Shown here one piece after another: positions 1 through 9,170 of a stretch of 64,000 nt of DNA; positions within the stretch are counted from its first letter, which is position 1; each line of letters opens with the position of its first letter. The translations under genes were made by a program, and so were the position numbers. The notes under the pieces were generated by a model, which had not been told where the DNA came from, did not search any database, and saw nothing but the letters and a program-made list of their open reading frames with translations. This DNA comes from a virus, in IMG/VR virus record IMGVR_UViG_3300045988_147927, positions 128,001 to 192,000 of that record. One strand, written 5' to 3'.

Positions 1-6
1 GAAGAT

Positions 7-240
7 GTGTATGATGTTGAAGTTAAATCTAATAGTTATACTGATGATGAATTATCTTCATTTGTTATGAAGTTGTTAATTAATAGAATTGATAGTAATA
101 ATTATGCTGAGTATATTCGTGTTTCTGATACATGGGGATTCATTCAAGATTTAGCACGATTACATAATTCTGTTAGTAGTGAGGATGTTCAAGAGGCCAT
201 TGAAGAGTTTGTAAGAGATATTATTTTCTTTGGTGATTAG
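7..240 (+). CDS. hypothetical protein
   Basis: ORF in the dominant + orientation; no recognisable motif. Confidence 0.3.
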   Translation: MYDVEVKSNSYTDDELSSFVMKLLINRIDSNNYAEYIRVSDTWGFIQDLARLHNSVSSEDVQEAIEEFVRDIIFFGD

Positions 241-299
241 ACATAGTATTATAAATAAATGTATAGTCTATGCAGATACATGAAGAGGTAAGGTGTTAC

Positions 300-683
300 A
301 TGGATACTTTTATATTCATATGTCAATTTGTAGGATTTGTAGTAGTTGGTTTTATAGGTTTATGTATATTCATATATATGCTTAAAGAGTTTTACTTTAT
401 AATCTATGATTTGATATTATCATTTCGTGTAGATACGAAGAAGATACATTTAGGAGATAGTGCTACTAAAATATTGCTTATATCATTCTATAATGAGGGT
501 TATAGGTATGTTAGTATGAAATATCATGAAGATGGTAAAAATTCGCTACAGGTGGCATTTTCAAAAGAATTAGGGTATTGTGAGGATGTATATATTGATG
601 ACTATATAGCTATGCAGTTATATAGTTGTGGTATAGCTGATACAATCACATATTCAATAGAAGATTTGATTGGTAGATTGTAG
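300..683 (+). CDS. hypothetical membrane protein
   Basis: In-frame ATG at 300 preceded by aaggtg; N-terminal hydrophobic stretch FIFICQFVGFVVVGFIGLCIFIYML. Confidence 0.4.
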   Translation: MDTFIFICQFVGFVVVGFIGLCIFIYMLKEFYFIIYDLILSFRVDTKKIHLGDSATKILLISFYNEGYRYVSMKYHEDGKNSLQVAFSKELGYCEDVYIDDYIAMQLYSCGIADTITYSIEDLIGRL

Positions 684-690
684 GTGTTGT

Positions 691-942
691 ATGGATAAAA
701 GGTTTTTAGATTCTAAGTATGTTGATATTAATATTCTTAATGATATTAATGAGACTAGAGAAATAAATTGTAATAGGTTTTTAGGTTTAATAACTTCTAT
801 GAAGAATAAGGCTAAAAATGATTTTAATGAATCACAAGCTAATAAAGATAGTGCTAATGGGGAAGAAGCTATTACACTTCATGCTGAGTATGAGTTACTA
901 GACCTTATTGAAAGTTTAGCTTTAGATTATTTAAAAAGTTAA
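691..942 (+). CDS. hypothetical protein
   Basis: ATG at 691 preceded by aggtg; the ORF track places an upstream TTG start at 670. Confidence 0.35.
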   Translation: MDKRFLDSKYVDINILNDINETREINCNRFLGLITSMKNKAKNDFNESQANKDSANGEEAITLHAEYELLDLIESLALDYLKS

Positions 943-1007
943 TAGTTAGATAGTTTCGTACCTTAGATATGTTCTAGGTTTACAATTATCTGTATAGTTA
1001 TGCATAG

Positions 1008-1047
1008 ATTGAGGTATTTTCGTATAGGGAATTACCTCAATTTTTTG
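1008..1047 (+). terminator. rho-independent terminator candidate
   Basis: Stem attgaggta / tacctcaat followed by a T-run. Confidence 0.55.
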
Positions 1048-1122
1048 TATATAATAGTCATTTTAGTGTATACTATATTTACGAGGTTATGACAGGTTTA
1101 CAATACAAAGGATGGTGAGATT

Positions 1123-1629
1123 ATGTCAAGTTGGTATAGAGGGTATATGAAAGTTAAGGGTTCGTATGATGATATCAATACGTTTTTAAATGATGTAATT
1201 AATATGAAGGTGTACAATAATCAAAAACTATCTCATGAAGTTGATAAGGGTGTGTCATTATATAGTGATGATGGGTATGTGGCAATTTCTTATGGGTATG
1301 ATAGTGGTACTTTTAATAATGTGTATGTATTAAAGGGTGTAGAGAACAAAGTACTATTTTCATTTACCAATAGTGATGTTGTTAAATCATCTGATAGTGA
1401 GTATATTGCTGTGTTTGGTATGGAGTGGGCTTGGGGATTAAATGTTCCATATCTAATTAAGTTGAGTAAGAAATACAGTCTCTACTTTAAAGGTAACTTC
1501 TACAATAGTGATAGTTGTAGTGTAGGTTATGTTGATGTGTATAAGGGTAAAGATAGAAGCACAAGCAAGAAGTATGAATCATATTCTGAGTATTTGTGGG
1601 ACTGTGATGGATATGGTGTGGGTGATTAG
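1123..1629 (+). CDS. hypothetical protein
   Basis: RBS ggatggtgag upstream. N-terminus MSSWYRGYMKVKGSYDDINTFL vaguely resembles DUF1281/YubB-type ferredoxin-like phage proteins (weak). Confidence 0.4.
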   Translation: MSSWYRGYMKVKGSYDDINTFLNDVINMKVYNNQKLSHEVDKGVSLYSDDGYVAISYGYDSGTFNNVYVLKGVENKVLFSFTNSDVVKSSDSEYIAVFGMEWAWGLNVPYLIKLSKKYSLYFKGNFYNSDSCSVGYVDVYKGKDRSTSKKYESYSEYLWDCDGYGVGD

Positions 1630-1631
1630 TT

Positions 1632-1883
1632 ATGTTTAAGATACGATTGAAGTTTATTTTTTGTATGATAGTCGATTTATCTTTCATGAGTTTACTAATT
1701 ATAGGTTTTTATAACAAGTTTCAGGATGCTGGTGTAGTAGAGTGTTTAGTGTTTGTAATAGCATTATGCTTATGGTCTTATTTCAACCATCTTAACTACT
1801 ATTTTTATCATCTAGATAAAGAAGAATACTATAAGATTAAAACATTAAGAGAGATTGAAAGAACATTTAGATTGTTGAAGTGA
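1632..1883 (+). CDS. hypothetical membrane protein
   Basis: Two hydrophobic segments; tightly packed against the upstream gene. Confidence 0.4.
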   Translation: MFKIRLKFIFCMIVDLSFMSLLIIGFYNKFQDAGVVECLVFVIALCLWSYFNHLNYYFYHLDKEEYYKIKTLREIERTFRLLK

Positions 1884-1890
1884 GGTTTGT

Positions 1891-2742
1891 ATGATATATC
1901 TTATCGGTGATATTCATGGTGATATCACACAGATAATGAAAGAGAATTTAAAGAAGAGTGGTATTAATATTAAATATAATGATACAGTAATCGTACTTGG
2001 AGATTTTGGTGTCATGTTTAGTGATACTGAGCAACAAAGGGAGTCATTAGAGTATATAAGTAGATTAAATTATAATATTGCTTTTATAGATGGTAATCAT
2101 GAGAATTTTGATTATTTGAATAAACAAGAAGTATGTACTAAATGGGGGAATAGAGTTCATAAGTTGGCAGATAGGTGTTTTCATTTAATTAGAGGGAATA
2201 TCTATAGAATTGAAGGACATAATTTCTTATGTTTTGGTGGGGCAACATCTGTAGATAAAGAGTATCGTGTATTAGGTAGTACATATTGGAATGAAGAGTT
2301 GCCTGATAGGGAAGATATTGATAGGTTGGAAAAGTCTTTAGATAGTGGTAAGAATATAGATTATGTACTAACACATACTTGCAGTAATGTGGCATTAAAT
2401 GATATGAAAACAATTAAACCTTTTGGTGATAGGTGTAAGGCTAGAGATATTCTAGATGGTGTAGAGGAATATCTTAGTGGAAAGTCATTTAAGTGGTTTT
2501 TTGGACATTTTCATACATATGAGGTAGTGGATAAGAAACATATATGCTTATATAATGAGGATGTATATTCTATATCTAGGAATAATGATGTGGAGTATAT
2601 TAATCATTCTTTTGATAGTGATACATATAGGTTTTATGACTATCTAGCTGTTAAAAGGTTCAATGATATGATTGGTACAATAGGTACTGAAAATATTAGT
2701 AAAGTTAAAGAGTATTATAAAGTAGGTGATGGTATTGATTGA
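1891..2742 (+). CDS. calcineurin-like metallophosphoesterase
   Basis: Motifs GDIHGD, GDFG, GNHEN, GHFH in canonical order. Confidence 0.75.
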   Translation: MIYLIGDIHGDITQIMKENLKKSGINIKYNDTVIVLGDFGVMFSDTEQQRESLEYISRLNYNIAFIDGNHENFDYLNKQEVCTKWGNRVHKLADRCFHLIRGNIYRIEGHNFLCFGGATSVDKEYRVLGSTYWNEELPDREDIDRLEKSLDSGKNIDYVLTHTCSNVALNDMKTIKPFGDRCKARDILDGVEEYLSGKSFKWFFGHFHTYEVVDKKHICLYNEDVYSISRNNDVEYINHSFDSDTYRFYDYLAVKRFNDMIGTIGTENISKVKEYYKVGDGID

Positions 2743-3091
2743 TTCGGATATAGCTGATTTACACAACACTTTATTGAGATTTATTCATTGTGATTGTGTT
2801 TGTAGCAGTGTAGTTGATTCAGAGTCAAGGGAGATTTACTCTTTTACTGATGATATGTATGGTTCTTTTATTATTGAGTACATTCCTTATACTTTAGGTG
2901 GGTACAAAAAAGATTTGATTATTGTTAGGTATCATGAGTTTAATACTATCTATATGTATTATGATGTTATAAAAAAGTGTATCGTCTTTGAGAAGAATAA
3001 TAGAGTATTACATAATATTGATGTTATTGAAGATGATATAAAGTATATTTATAATAAAATCTACAGTATTAAAAATAATATAAATTCGTAA
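2726..3091 (+). CDS. hypothetical protein
   Basis: ORF overlapping the upstream stop; no motif. Confidence 0.4.
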   Translation: MMVLIDSDIADLHNTLLRFIHCDCVCSSVVDSESREIYSFTDDMYGSFIIEYIPYTLGGYKKDLIIVRYHEFNTIYMYYDVIKKCIVFEKNNRVLHNIDVIEDDIKYIYNKIYSIKNNINS

Positions 3092-3098
3092 GTGTATG

Positions 3099-3130
3099 GT
3101 GAGTAATTTCAAAAATTACTCACTTTTTTT
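3099..3130 (+). terminator. rho-independent terminator
   Basis: 11-bp perfect stem gtgagtaattt / aaattactcac, 3-nt loop, T7 run. Confidence 0.75.
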
Positions 3131-3151
3131 GTGTATTTTTAGTTTTTAGTA

Positions 3152-3180
3152 TTTACAAAATATAGAGTGTGTGTTATTAT
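3152..3180 (+). promoter_or_regulatory. sigma70-like promoter candidate
   Basis: TTTACA - 17 nt - TATTAT. Confidence 0.45.
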
Positions 3181-3186
3181 TGGTAC

Positions 3187-3272
3187 ATAAGGAACATTAC
3201 ATAAGTTTACAATTTCATTAGGGTAGTGTTGTAAACTTAACAACGCACAACATATATAGTAATGTTCCTTAT
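3187..3272 (+). promoter_or_regulatory. nested inverted repeat in the adhesin leader
   Basis: 14-bp perfect IR ataaggaacattac / gtaatgttccttat enclosing 10-bp IR taagtttaca / tgtaaactta. Confidence 0.5.
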
Positions 3273-3310
3273 ACCTAACATTTTTAATTTAGTATAAGGA
3301 GATGTGAATT

Positions 3311-5452
3311 ATGAAAATGAATAAGGTATTATTAACAACTGCTATTGTAGCATCAATTTCTAGTTGTGCTTTTGCTAGCGGTTCAAACACAGGATACAAT
3401 AATGTATCTAATGGTGATTATGGTTCTGTGATTGGCAGTAACAATGTAGCTGAGGCAACTGCAACAAGTTCTATGACATTAGGTGATACAAATGTTACTA
3501 AAATGCCTAACTCTTTGACATTCGGTCAAGGTAACATCAACAACGGGGAAAATTCTTTTGTTGGTGGTGATAAATCTAAGGCAGTTGGACGAGACACTTT
3601 TGCATTTGGTTCTAGTGCTGAAGCATTAGTTGATTATACTGTGGCTATTGGTAGTCAAGCAAGAACTAATGCCTATGACACTATTGCGATTGGTAATGGT
3701 GCCTATGTTAGTGGTGAAAGTTCCGTAGTTCTTGGCCGAACAAATACTGTTACAGGTGCTGATTCTGTAGTTGTTGGTGCTAATAATGGTACTATTAGTG
3801 CTGGTCAGACAGCTATTGTTGGATATAATAACAAAGTATTAGATGATTCTAAGGAGCAGTTAATCTTTGGTTCTAATTCTCAAACTAAAGGTCAGGGTAC
3901 TGTTGCTATTGGTACACATGCTAGTGCCACACAGATTGATGCTTTAGCTTTTGGTAATAACACTATTGCTGATGTACAAAATGGTGTTGCTGTTGGTACT
4001 AATAGTGTTACAGAGTTAGCTGTGGGTACATCTACTGTAAAAGATAATGCTACAGATATTCGTTTCTCTAACTCTAACTTCGCAGGTAATACACCTGATA
4101 GTGTAGTGTCTTTTGGTACACATGGTCGAGCTGGTGCTGGTGGTGTTACAGAGTACACAAGACAATTACAAAATGTTTCTGCTGGTAGAGTTTCCTCTAC
4201 TTCTACTGATGCTGTTAATGGTTCTCAGTTATATGATGTAGCTCTTGAAGCTCAAAAGTATAATACTTTAGTTGATGGCGTTAATACAACTGTTACATCT
4301 AAAGACAATGACTCTGGAAGAAAAGAGTATAAAGTTAATGTTAATAAAACATTAAAAGATATGGATGCTGTTGAGTTTGGTAAAGTTACAGATAATACTC
4401 ATGCTGGTATTAATAAAGATGGTGCTTATTTCTTTAATGGTAGTGAGCATATTAATATTAAACCTACAGGTATTCAAATTGAAAATACTGATACACTAAC
4501 ACAGGCTACATTCAATAATGAGGGTATGCAAGTATCTGATGATAATGCTACTATTCGTTTTACTACTACAGATATTAGTGCTGGTGGACAACAAATTCAT
4601 GATGTCAAAGCAGGTACTAAAGATACAGATGTTGTTAATGTTAAACAGTTGAAGGATACGATTAGTAATGTTGGTGATAGTATTTCTGTAAAAGCTAATA
4701 ACTATACAGATAAACAGGTTGCTCATGTAGGTGCTAATGCCGCTGCTTTGAGTGCCTTGCACCCATTATCTTTTAACCCTAATGAAAAAGTTGAATATTC
4801 CGTAGGTTATGGTAACTATAAGGGTTCTAATGCTGTCGCAGTTGGTGTGTTCGCACACCCTAATGAAAATACATTATTATCTCTAGGTGCTACGTTTGGC
4901 ACTGGAGATAATATGATTAATGCTGGTGCTACATTCCGTGTAGGTAAATCATATAAGCAAGTTACTAATTCTAATGTAGCTGTGGCTAAAGATGTTCAAG
5001 ATTTAGCTAAAAAATATGAGGCATTGGCTCAAAAATATGATAATCTTGTCAAGAGTTTAAATCATACTAATGGAACTGACTATGATGTAGTGTTCCCTGA
5101 TGTACCTAAAGGGCATTGGGCATATGACTTTGTTAAAGACTTATCCGATAAAGGATATTTAGTTGGTTATCCAGATGGTACATTTAAAGGTGATAAGTCT
5201 ATGACACGTTATGAGTTCGCAACAGCTGTATATCGTGCTTTACAAAATGGTGCGTTAATGGATGCTAATATGGTTAAAGCTATCAAAGAGTTTAAACCTG
5301 AATTAAAAGATGTTGAGGATGCACAAAGATTTGTTATCAAGCATGAGAGTGGTTCTGGTAATGAAATTCATAAAGTAGAACGAGTGAATGTCAATACAAA
5401 AAATGTAGATGGTATGTATCGTGATGTTTATGGTACTAATCTAAAAGCATAG
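3311..5452 (+). CDS. YadA-like trimeric autotransporter adhesin with C-terminal SLH domain
   Basis: Signal peptide MKMNKVLLTTAIVASISSCAFA. G/N/S/T-rich head repeats. Neck motifs TDAVNGSQLY and TDVVNVKQLK. YadA-type 4-strand anchor (ALSALHPLSF...NAGATFRVG). Then a coiled coil and SLH motif FPDVPKGHWAYDFV...GYPDGTFKGDKSMTRYEFA (about 5092-5250). Confidence 0.85.
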   Translation: MKMNKVLLTTAIVASISSCAFASGSNTGYNNVSNGDYGSVIGSNNVAEATATSSMTLGDTNVTKMPNSLTFGQGNINNGENSFVGGDKSKAVGRDTFAFGSSAEALVDYTVAIGSQARTNAYDTIAIGNGAYVSGESSVVLGRTNTVTGADSVVVGANNGTISAGQTAIVGYNNKVLDDSKEQLIFGSNSQTKGQGTVAIGTHASATQIDALAFGNNTIADVQNGVAVGTNSVTELAVGTSTVKDNATDIRFSNSNFAGNTPDSVVSFGTHGRAGAGGVTEYTRQLQNVSAGRVSSTSTDAVNGSQLYDVALEAQKYNTLVDGVNTTVTSKDNDSGRKEYKVNVNKTLKDMDAVEFGKVTDNTHAGINKDGAYFFNGSEHINIKPTGIQIENTDTLTQATFNNEGMQVSDDNATIRFTTTDISAGGQQIHDVKAGTKDTDVVNVKQLKDTISNVGDSISVKANNYTDKQVAHVGANAAALSALHPLSFNPNEKVEYSVGYGNYKGSNAVAVGVFAHPNENTLLSLGATFGTGDNMINAGATFRVGKSYKQVTNSNVAVAKDVQDLAKKYEALAQKYDNLVKSLNHTNGTDYDVVFPDVPKGHWAYDFVKDLSDKGYLVGYPDGTFKGDKSMTRYEFATAVYRALQNGALMDANMVKAIKEFKPELKDVEDAQRFVIKHESGSGNEIHKVERVNVNTKNVDGMYRDVYGTNLKA

Positions 5453-5457
5453 TGTTA

Positions 5458-5494
5458 TTAGGGCAGTGTTTAAAATCACTGCCCTAATTTTTTA
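5458..5494 (+). terminator. rho-independent terminator
   Basis: Stem ttagggcagtg / cactgccctaa followed by T6. Confidence 0.8.
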
Positions 5495-5516
5495 TCAATT
5501 TATAACTTAACAAAAC

Positions 5517-5545
5517 TTTACAATATAATATCGGTATGTTATAAT
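5517..5545 (+). promoter_or_regulatory. sigma70-like promoter
   Basis: TTTACA - 17 nt - TATAAT; the upstream context taacaaaactttacaatat recurs at about 52806. Confidence 0.6.
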
Positions 5546-5579
5546 GGTGGTGTAGTGATAGTGATAAAGGAGAAGAAAA

Positions 5580-5801
5580 ATGAAAAAATTAATTATTCTA
5601 TCTTTATTAGGTGCTTTTGTTTTTGGTATTGGAAGTGCTTTTGCTGAAACTGTACACTTTCATTATAATGGTGGGTATACATTTAATTCATTTAAAACAA
5701 AATACCCTAAATTAAAGAGAGAAGATAGTGATAAGAAAGATGGAGACCCTGTATATCTTCATTATGAGGATGATGGAAAGACTGTTAATCTACACTACTA
5801 A
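5580..5801 (+). CDS. small secreted protein
   Basis: RBS aaaggag; signal peptide MKKLIILSLLGAFVFGIGSAFA. Confidence 0.5.
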   Translation: MKKLIILSLLGAFVFGIGSAFAETVHFHYNGGYTFNSFKTKYPKLKREDSDKKDGDPVYLHYEDDGKTVNLHY

Positions 5802-5854
5802 TTATGTTTTCAAGTTATGTTTTTATTTTTAGATTTTATAAAGGAGATTTGATT

Positions 5855-6178
5855 ATGAATATCTATAGTGAATTTAACAGAATGTCAAGAGGTCATGTAG
5901 CTGATATTAATAATTGTGATATGTTAGATAATGAAACTATTCGTTCAGCTAGAGCTTTTTGTAACAATGCTTTTAAGTGGGATAGCAGTGCAGGGGAGGT
6001 TGTTGCTGAGTGCTTGCATAAAAAGTTATTAGATTGTATTTATAGATGTGAGTTTAATAAATTAAAAGATGAGTTTGATGAGAGTGTGGCTATGAGAAAA
6101 GCTAAAGAATATGTAAAGACTTTAGAGGAAGGTAGCAACGAGGCTTTGCATAATATTTATAAAAGGTATGGTGTTTGA
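5855..6178 (+). CDS. hypothetical protein
   Basis: ATG at 5855 with RBS aaaggag; the ORF track extends to 5804. Confidence 0.45.
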   Translation: MNIYSEFNRMSRGHVADINNCDMLDNETIRSARAFCNNAFKWDSSAGEVVAECLHKKLLDCIYRCEFNKLKDEFDESVAMRKAKEYVKTLEEGSNEALHNIYKRYGV

Positions 6179-6495
6179 TGGGTTATTGTAATATCTATAA
6201 GATAGATACTTTTAATGATGTAGGTAAAGGTTTTTGTTACGTTAAGTTGGTTGGCATTGACTCTCAATTCTTAGTACCTAAGTTTTGGGTTAGGAACGAG
6301 AGTCTAATGTGCTTATGTAGAAAAGGAAGTCTATTCAAGGACTGTATTCTAACAAATGATATAGTATTTTATATGGGTATTTTAAGATACATTAAAGATG
6401 TAGAATATAACGATGGTGATTGTGTTGATGGTATTATGATAAATGTTAATTTTTGTCAACTTTTTAAAATGATAAAAATTCAAGATGTTTATTAG
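6175..6495 (+). CDS. hypothetical protein
   Basis: ATGA overlap with the upstream gene. Confidence 0.4.
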   Translation: MMGYCNIYKIDTFNDVGKGFCYVKLVGIDSQFLVPKFWVRNESLMCLCRKGSLFKDCILTNDIVFYMGILRYIKDVEYNDGDCVDGIMINVNFCQLFKMIKIQDVY

Positions 6496-6503
6496 GAGTT
6501 ATT

Positions 6504-8825
6504 ATGTTAAGTCAAGAGTTGAGACCTAAGACATTAGATGATATGGCTGGTCAGGAAGAGGCTAAGAAGTTAATTAAAGCTATTATTAAGAATCCTGAAA
6601 AAGCACCAAAGGTGTTGTTGTTTTGTGGTAGTTTTGGTACTGGTAAATGTGTTTCTAAAGGTACTAGAGTCCACACAAATAAAGGGTATTTGAAAATAGA
6701 GGACATTGTTGATAACCAATCATATGATAATGATGGGTTTATGAGTATTTCTAATAGTGATATTCGTGTGTTAGGTGGTAATTTAGCAACTCATCATTAT
6801 TATGGTGGGAATAAAAAGGTTATAAAGGTTAGTTCTAAAGAATTTTCTATTAGTGGTACACTGAATCATAGAGTTAGGGTATTTGATAATGATGGATTAT
6901 CGTGGAAAAGACTAGATAGGATAACTACTGAAGATTATGTTGCCATTCCTAAGAATGATGACATACTATTCTCTAATGCAACAAAAGAGTATTCCTTTTT
7001 TGATGAAAATGTAAGTGAGTTTGATAAGGGATATTTTTGTGGTAGTGTAGTATCTTCTTTACTTATTAATAAAAGGTATGTTAAGAGTTTAGATGATATT
7101 ATAAATGTATATACTGATAATAGTGGTATTAATGATTATATTAGCAGTATTGTACGTAGTGGTTGTTATCATGATGGTATCATTCAAGGTGATAGTATTA
7201 AGGATTTTATTATTGATAATGATTTTAATATAGATACTATACCTGAAATTGTGTTTTCATCGAATAAAGAGTATATAAAGGGATTCATAGGTTCTCTATT
7301 CGATTTTCTTGGTACTAGCACATTTAGTATAACTAAACTCACTAAGAGTATAGCAATAGATATTCAGAATCTATTATCATTGTATGGGTGTATAAATTCA
7401 ATTAAAAATTTATATGGTAATCGTGCCGAAATAGATATTGAGTTGACTGATAGTAGGTATTTTATTTTAGAGGAATTAAATTTAAAAAACAAAACATTAT
7501 TATCACAGTACAGAGATATAGTTGATAGAGGGTGTGATGAGTATATACCTAACAACTTATATACTAGAGATATTGCAAGATATATAAATAGTGTTTTCAT
7601 TGATAACTATAAAGGTGATATACCGTTTAGTGCATATCGTAGTATCAAGAATACATTCAATTTTATAAAAAATTATCGTAATAAGATAATGAAGGTAGAG
7701 CATTTTCAAGATATACTAGATGAGGGTGATATTTGTAGTATTGACTTTAGTAGATATAGTAAAGTAGAAAAGTTTAGAGATTTATTAAGTAAATACCATT
7801 TTTCAAAGGTTTCTAAAATAGTTGATAATGGTATAGAAGATATCGTGTATGATTTGACTGTAGATACAATACATTCATTTGTTGCTAATGGTATTATAAA
7901 TCATAACACAACTTCATCTAGAATTGTCGGTAGAGAGTTAAATGGGATTAAAGATGAAAATTATGATTTATTAAATTCACCTTTTTATTATGAGTTCGAT
8001 TCTACAGTTGTCGGTAATGTGGAAAAGATTAAAGAGTTGCGAGATATATTCACTGTAGAGTATGGTGATTATTGGAGAGTTGTAACCTTAGACGAAGTGC
8101 ATACAGTATCTAGTCAGGCTCAGGCAGCCATGCTTAAAATGTTTGAAGAAACAAAAGGTAAAACTATTTATATCTTAGCTACCACAGACCCTCAAAAGTT
8201 GTTACCTACAATTCGTAGTCGGGCATTAGAGATTAATTTTAATGATGTTCCTGTAGAGGCGATTGTAGAGAATTTAACTAAAGTATCTGATGAAAGAAAT
8301 TTAAATCTTTCTGATGAGATTAAGTTGTTAATAGCTGATAGGTCTGGTGGACATATGCGTAATGCACATATGCTATTAGATAAGTATTTACTATTAGGTG
8401 ATGAAGATTTTAGGGATAGTATCAAATCTTCTATAACATTGTTCTGTGATTATTTGATAGCAGTTTACAATAATGACAAGGATACTATACTAAATACTAT
8501 CAATGAGTTACTAAGTATTCCTAAAGATAATCTTCAATCTGATTGGTCTATTATTATGACTGAAAGTTTACGTTCATATTGTGGATTTGATTGTAGACAT
8601 AAAGATATTCAGAGACTTGTTGATACTTATAAAGGTGATTTTAATATTATTGCTCAATGCTATATGTCAACATGGGTTAAGAATATGTTTGTTGATACAC
8701 CTTATACACAGGCTACTCTATTGAATTTATATAAAGTAGTTAGAGGAGCTTTGGATAAGAAAAAGCAACAGAGTGCTGTAGGTGTTCAAAGTAATGTGGG
8801 TAGATATGGTAAACCTGTTAGATAG
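6504..8825 (+). CDS. AAA+ clamp-loader ATPase (DNA pol III gamma/tau- or gp44-like) containing an intein
   Basis: Exteins rejoin as GSFGTGK|TTSSRIV, restoring Walker A. Walker B is LDEVH. Sensor region ATTDPQKLLPTIRSRA. Confidence 0.8.
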   Translation: MLSQELRPKTLDDMAGQEEAKKLIKAIIKNPEKAPKVLLFCGSFGTGKCVSKGTRVHTNKGYLKIEDIVDNQSYDNDGFMSISNSDIRVLGGNLATHHYYGGNKKVIKVSSKEFSISGTLNHRVRVFDNDGLSWKRLDRITTEDYVAIPKNDDILFSNATKEYSFFDENVSEFDKGYFCGSVVSSLLINKRYVKSLDDIINVYTDNSGINDYISSIVRSGCYHDGIIQGDSIKDFIIDNDFNIDTIPEIVFSSNKEYIKGFIGSLFDFLGTSTFSITKLTKSIAIDIQNLLSLYGCINSIKNLYGNRAEIDIELTDSRYFILEELNLKNKTLLSQYRDIVDRGCDEYIPNNLYTRDIARYINSVFIDNYKGDIPFSAYRSIKNTFNFIKNYRNKIMKVEHFQDILDEGDICSIDFSRYSKVEKFRDLLSKYHFSKVSKIVDNGIEDIVYDLTVDTIHSFVANGIINHNTTSSRIVGRELNGIKDENYDLLNSPFYYEFDSTVVGNVEKIKELRDIFTVEYGDYWRVVTLDEVHTVSSQAQAAMLKMFEETKGKTIYILATTDPQKLLPTIRSRALEINFNDVPVEAIVENLTKVSDERNLNLSDEIKLLIADRSGGHMRNAHMLLDKYLLLGDEDFRDSIKSSITLFCDYLIAVYNNDKDTILNTINELLSIPKDNLQSDWSIIMTESLRSYCGFDCRHKDIQRLVDTYKGDFNIIAQCYMSTWVKNMFVDTPYTQATLLNLYKVVRGALDKKKQQSAVGVQSNVGRYGKPVR
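6648..7907 (+). mobile_element. intein (420 aa) inserted in the Walker A P-loop
   Basis: Starts with Cys (CVSKGTRV). Block-B-like GTLNHRV. Ends VANGIINHN followed by a +1 Thr. Central region has degenerate LAGLIDADG-like segments (FDKGYFCGSVV, YIKGFIGSLFDFLGT). Confidence 0.8.
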
Positions 8826-8855
8826 TAAAGTTTTATAATTTTTTGTAATTTAGTG

Positions 8856-8884
8856 TTGATTTATATAATATTGTGTGGTATTAT
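8856..8884 (+). promoter_or_regulatory. sigma70-like promoter candidate
   Basis: TTGATT - 17 nt - TATTAT, firing into the hairpin array. Confidence 0.45.
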
Positions 8885-8895
8885 ATAAATATAGT

Positions 8896-9170
8896 TAGAC
8901 ACCACACAAAATATAGTGTGCTTAACAACCTCTATTATTACACTCCTGAGTGTGGTGTCTATTATTAAAATTTGATTTACAATTTTAGACTCTGACAGCA
9001 ATTAGTACTTTCTGGGAATAAGTAACGAGTCTAGTATTCATTGTAATTGATAGGAGATTTAGACACTGACAGCAAATTTATAAGAATGACACAGTCAATT
9101 TTATTCTAAAAACAGTGTCTAGTTCATAATTTAATCTCCTTTTAAATATATAAGACCCACACAGCAATAT
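8896..9170 (+). repeat. array of four related TAGAC-type units, three forming hairpins (candidate small RNAs or protein-binding sites)
   Basis: tagacaccacac...gtgtggtgtcta (8896-8961); tagactc tgacagcaa...gagtcta (8986-9033); tagacactg acagcaa...cagtgtcta (9060-9121, flanked by ggagatt/aatctcc); taagacccacacagcaa (9151-). Confidence 0.4.

Noticed and set aside
3187-3272. Invertible promoter (phase-variation switch) for the adhesin
   Set aside because: The segment between the repeats is only about 58 bp and no invertase or recombinase gene is in the window. Kept only as a structured-leader finding.
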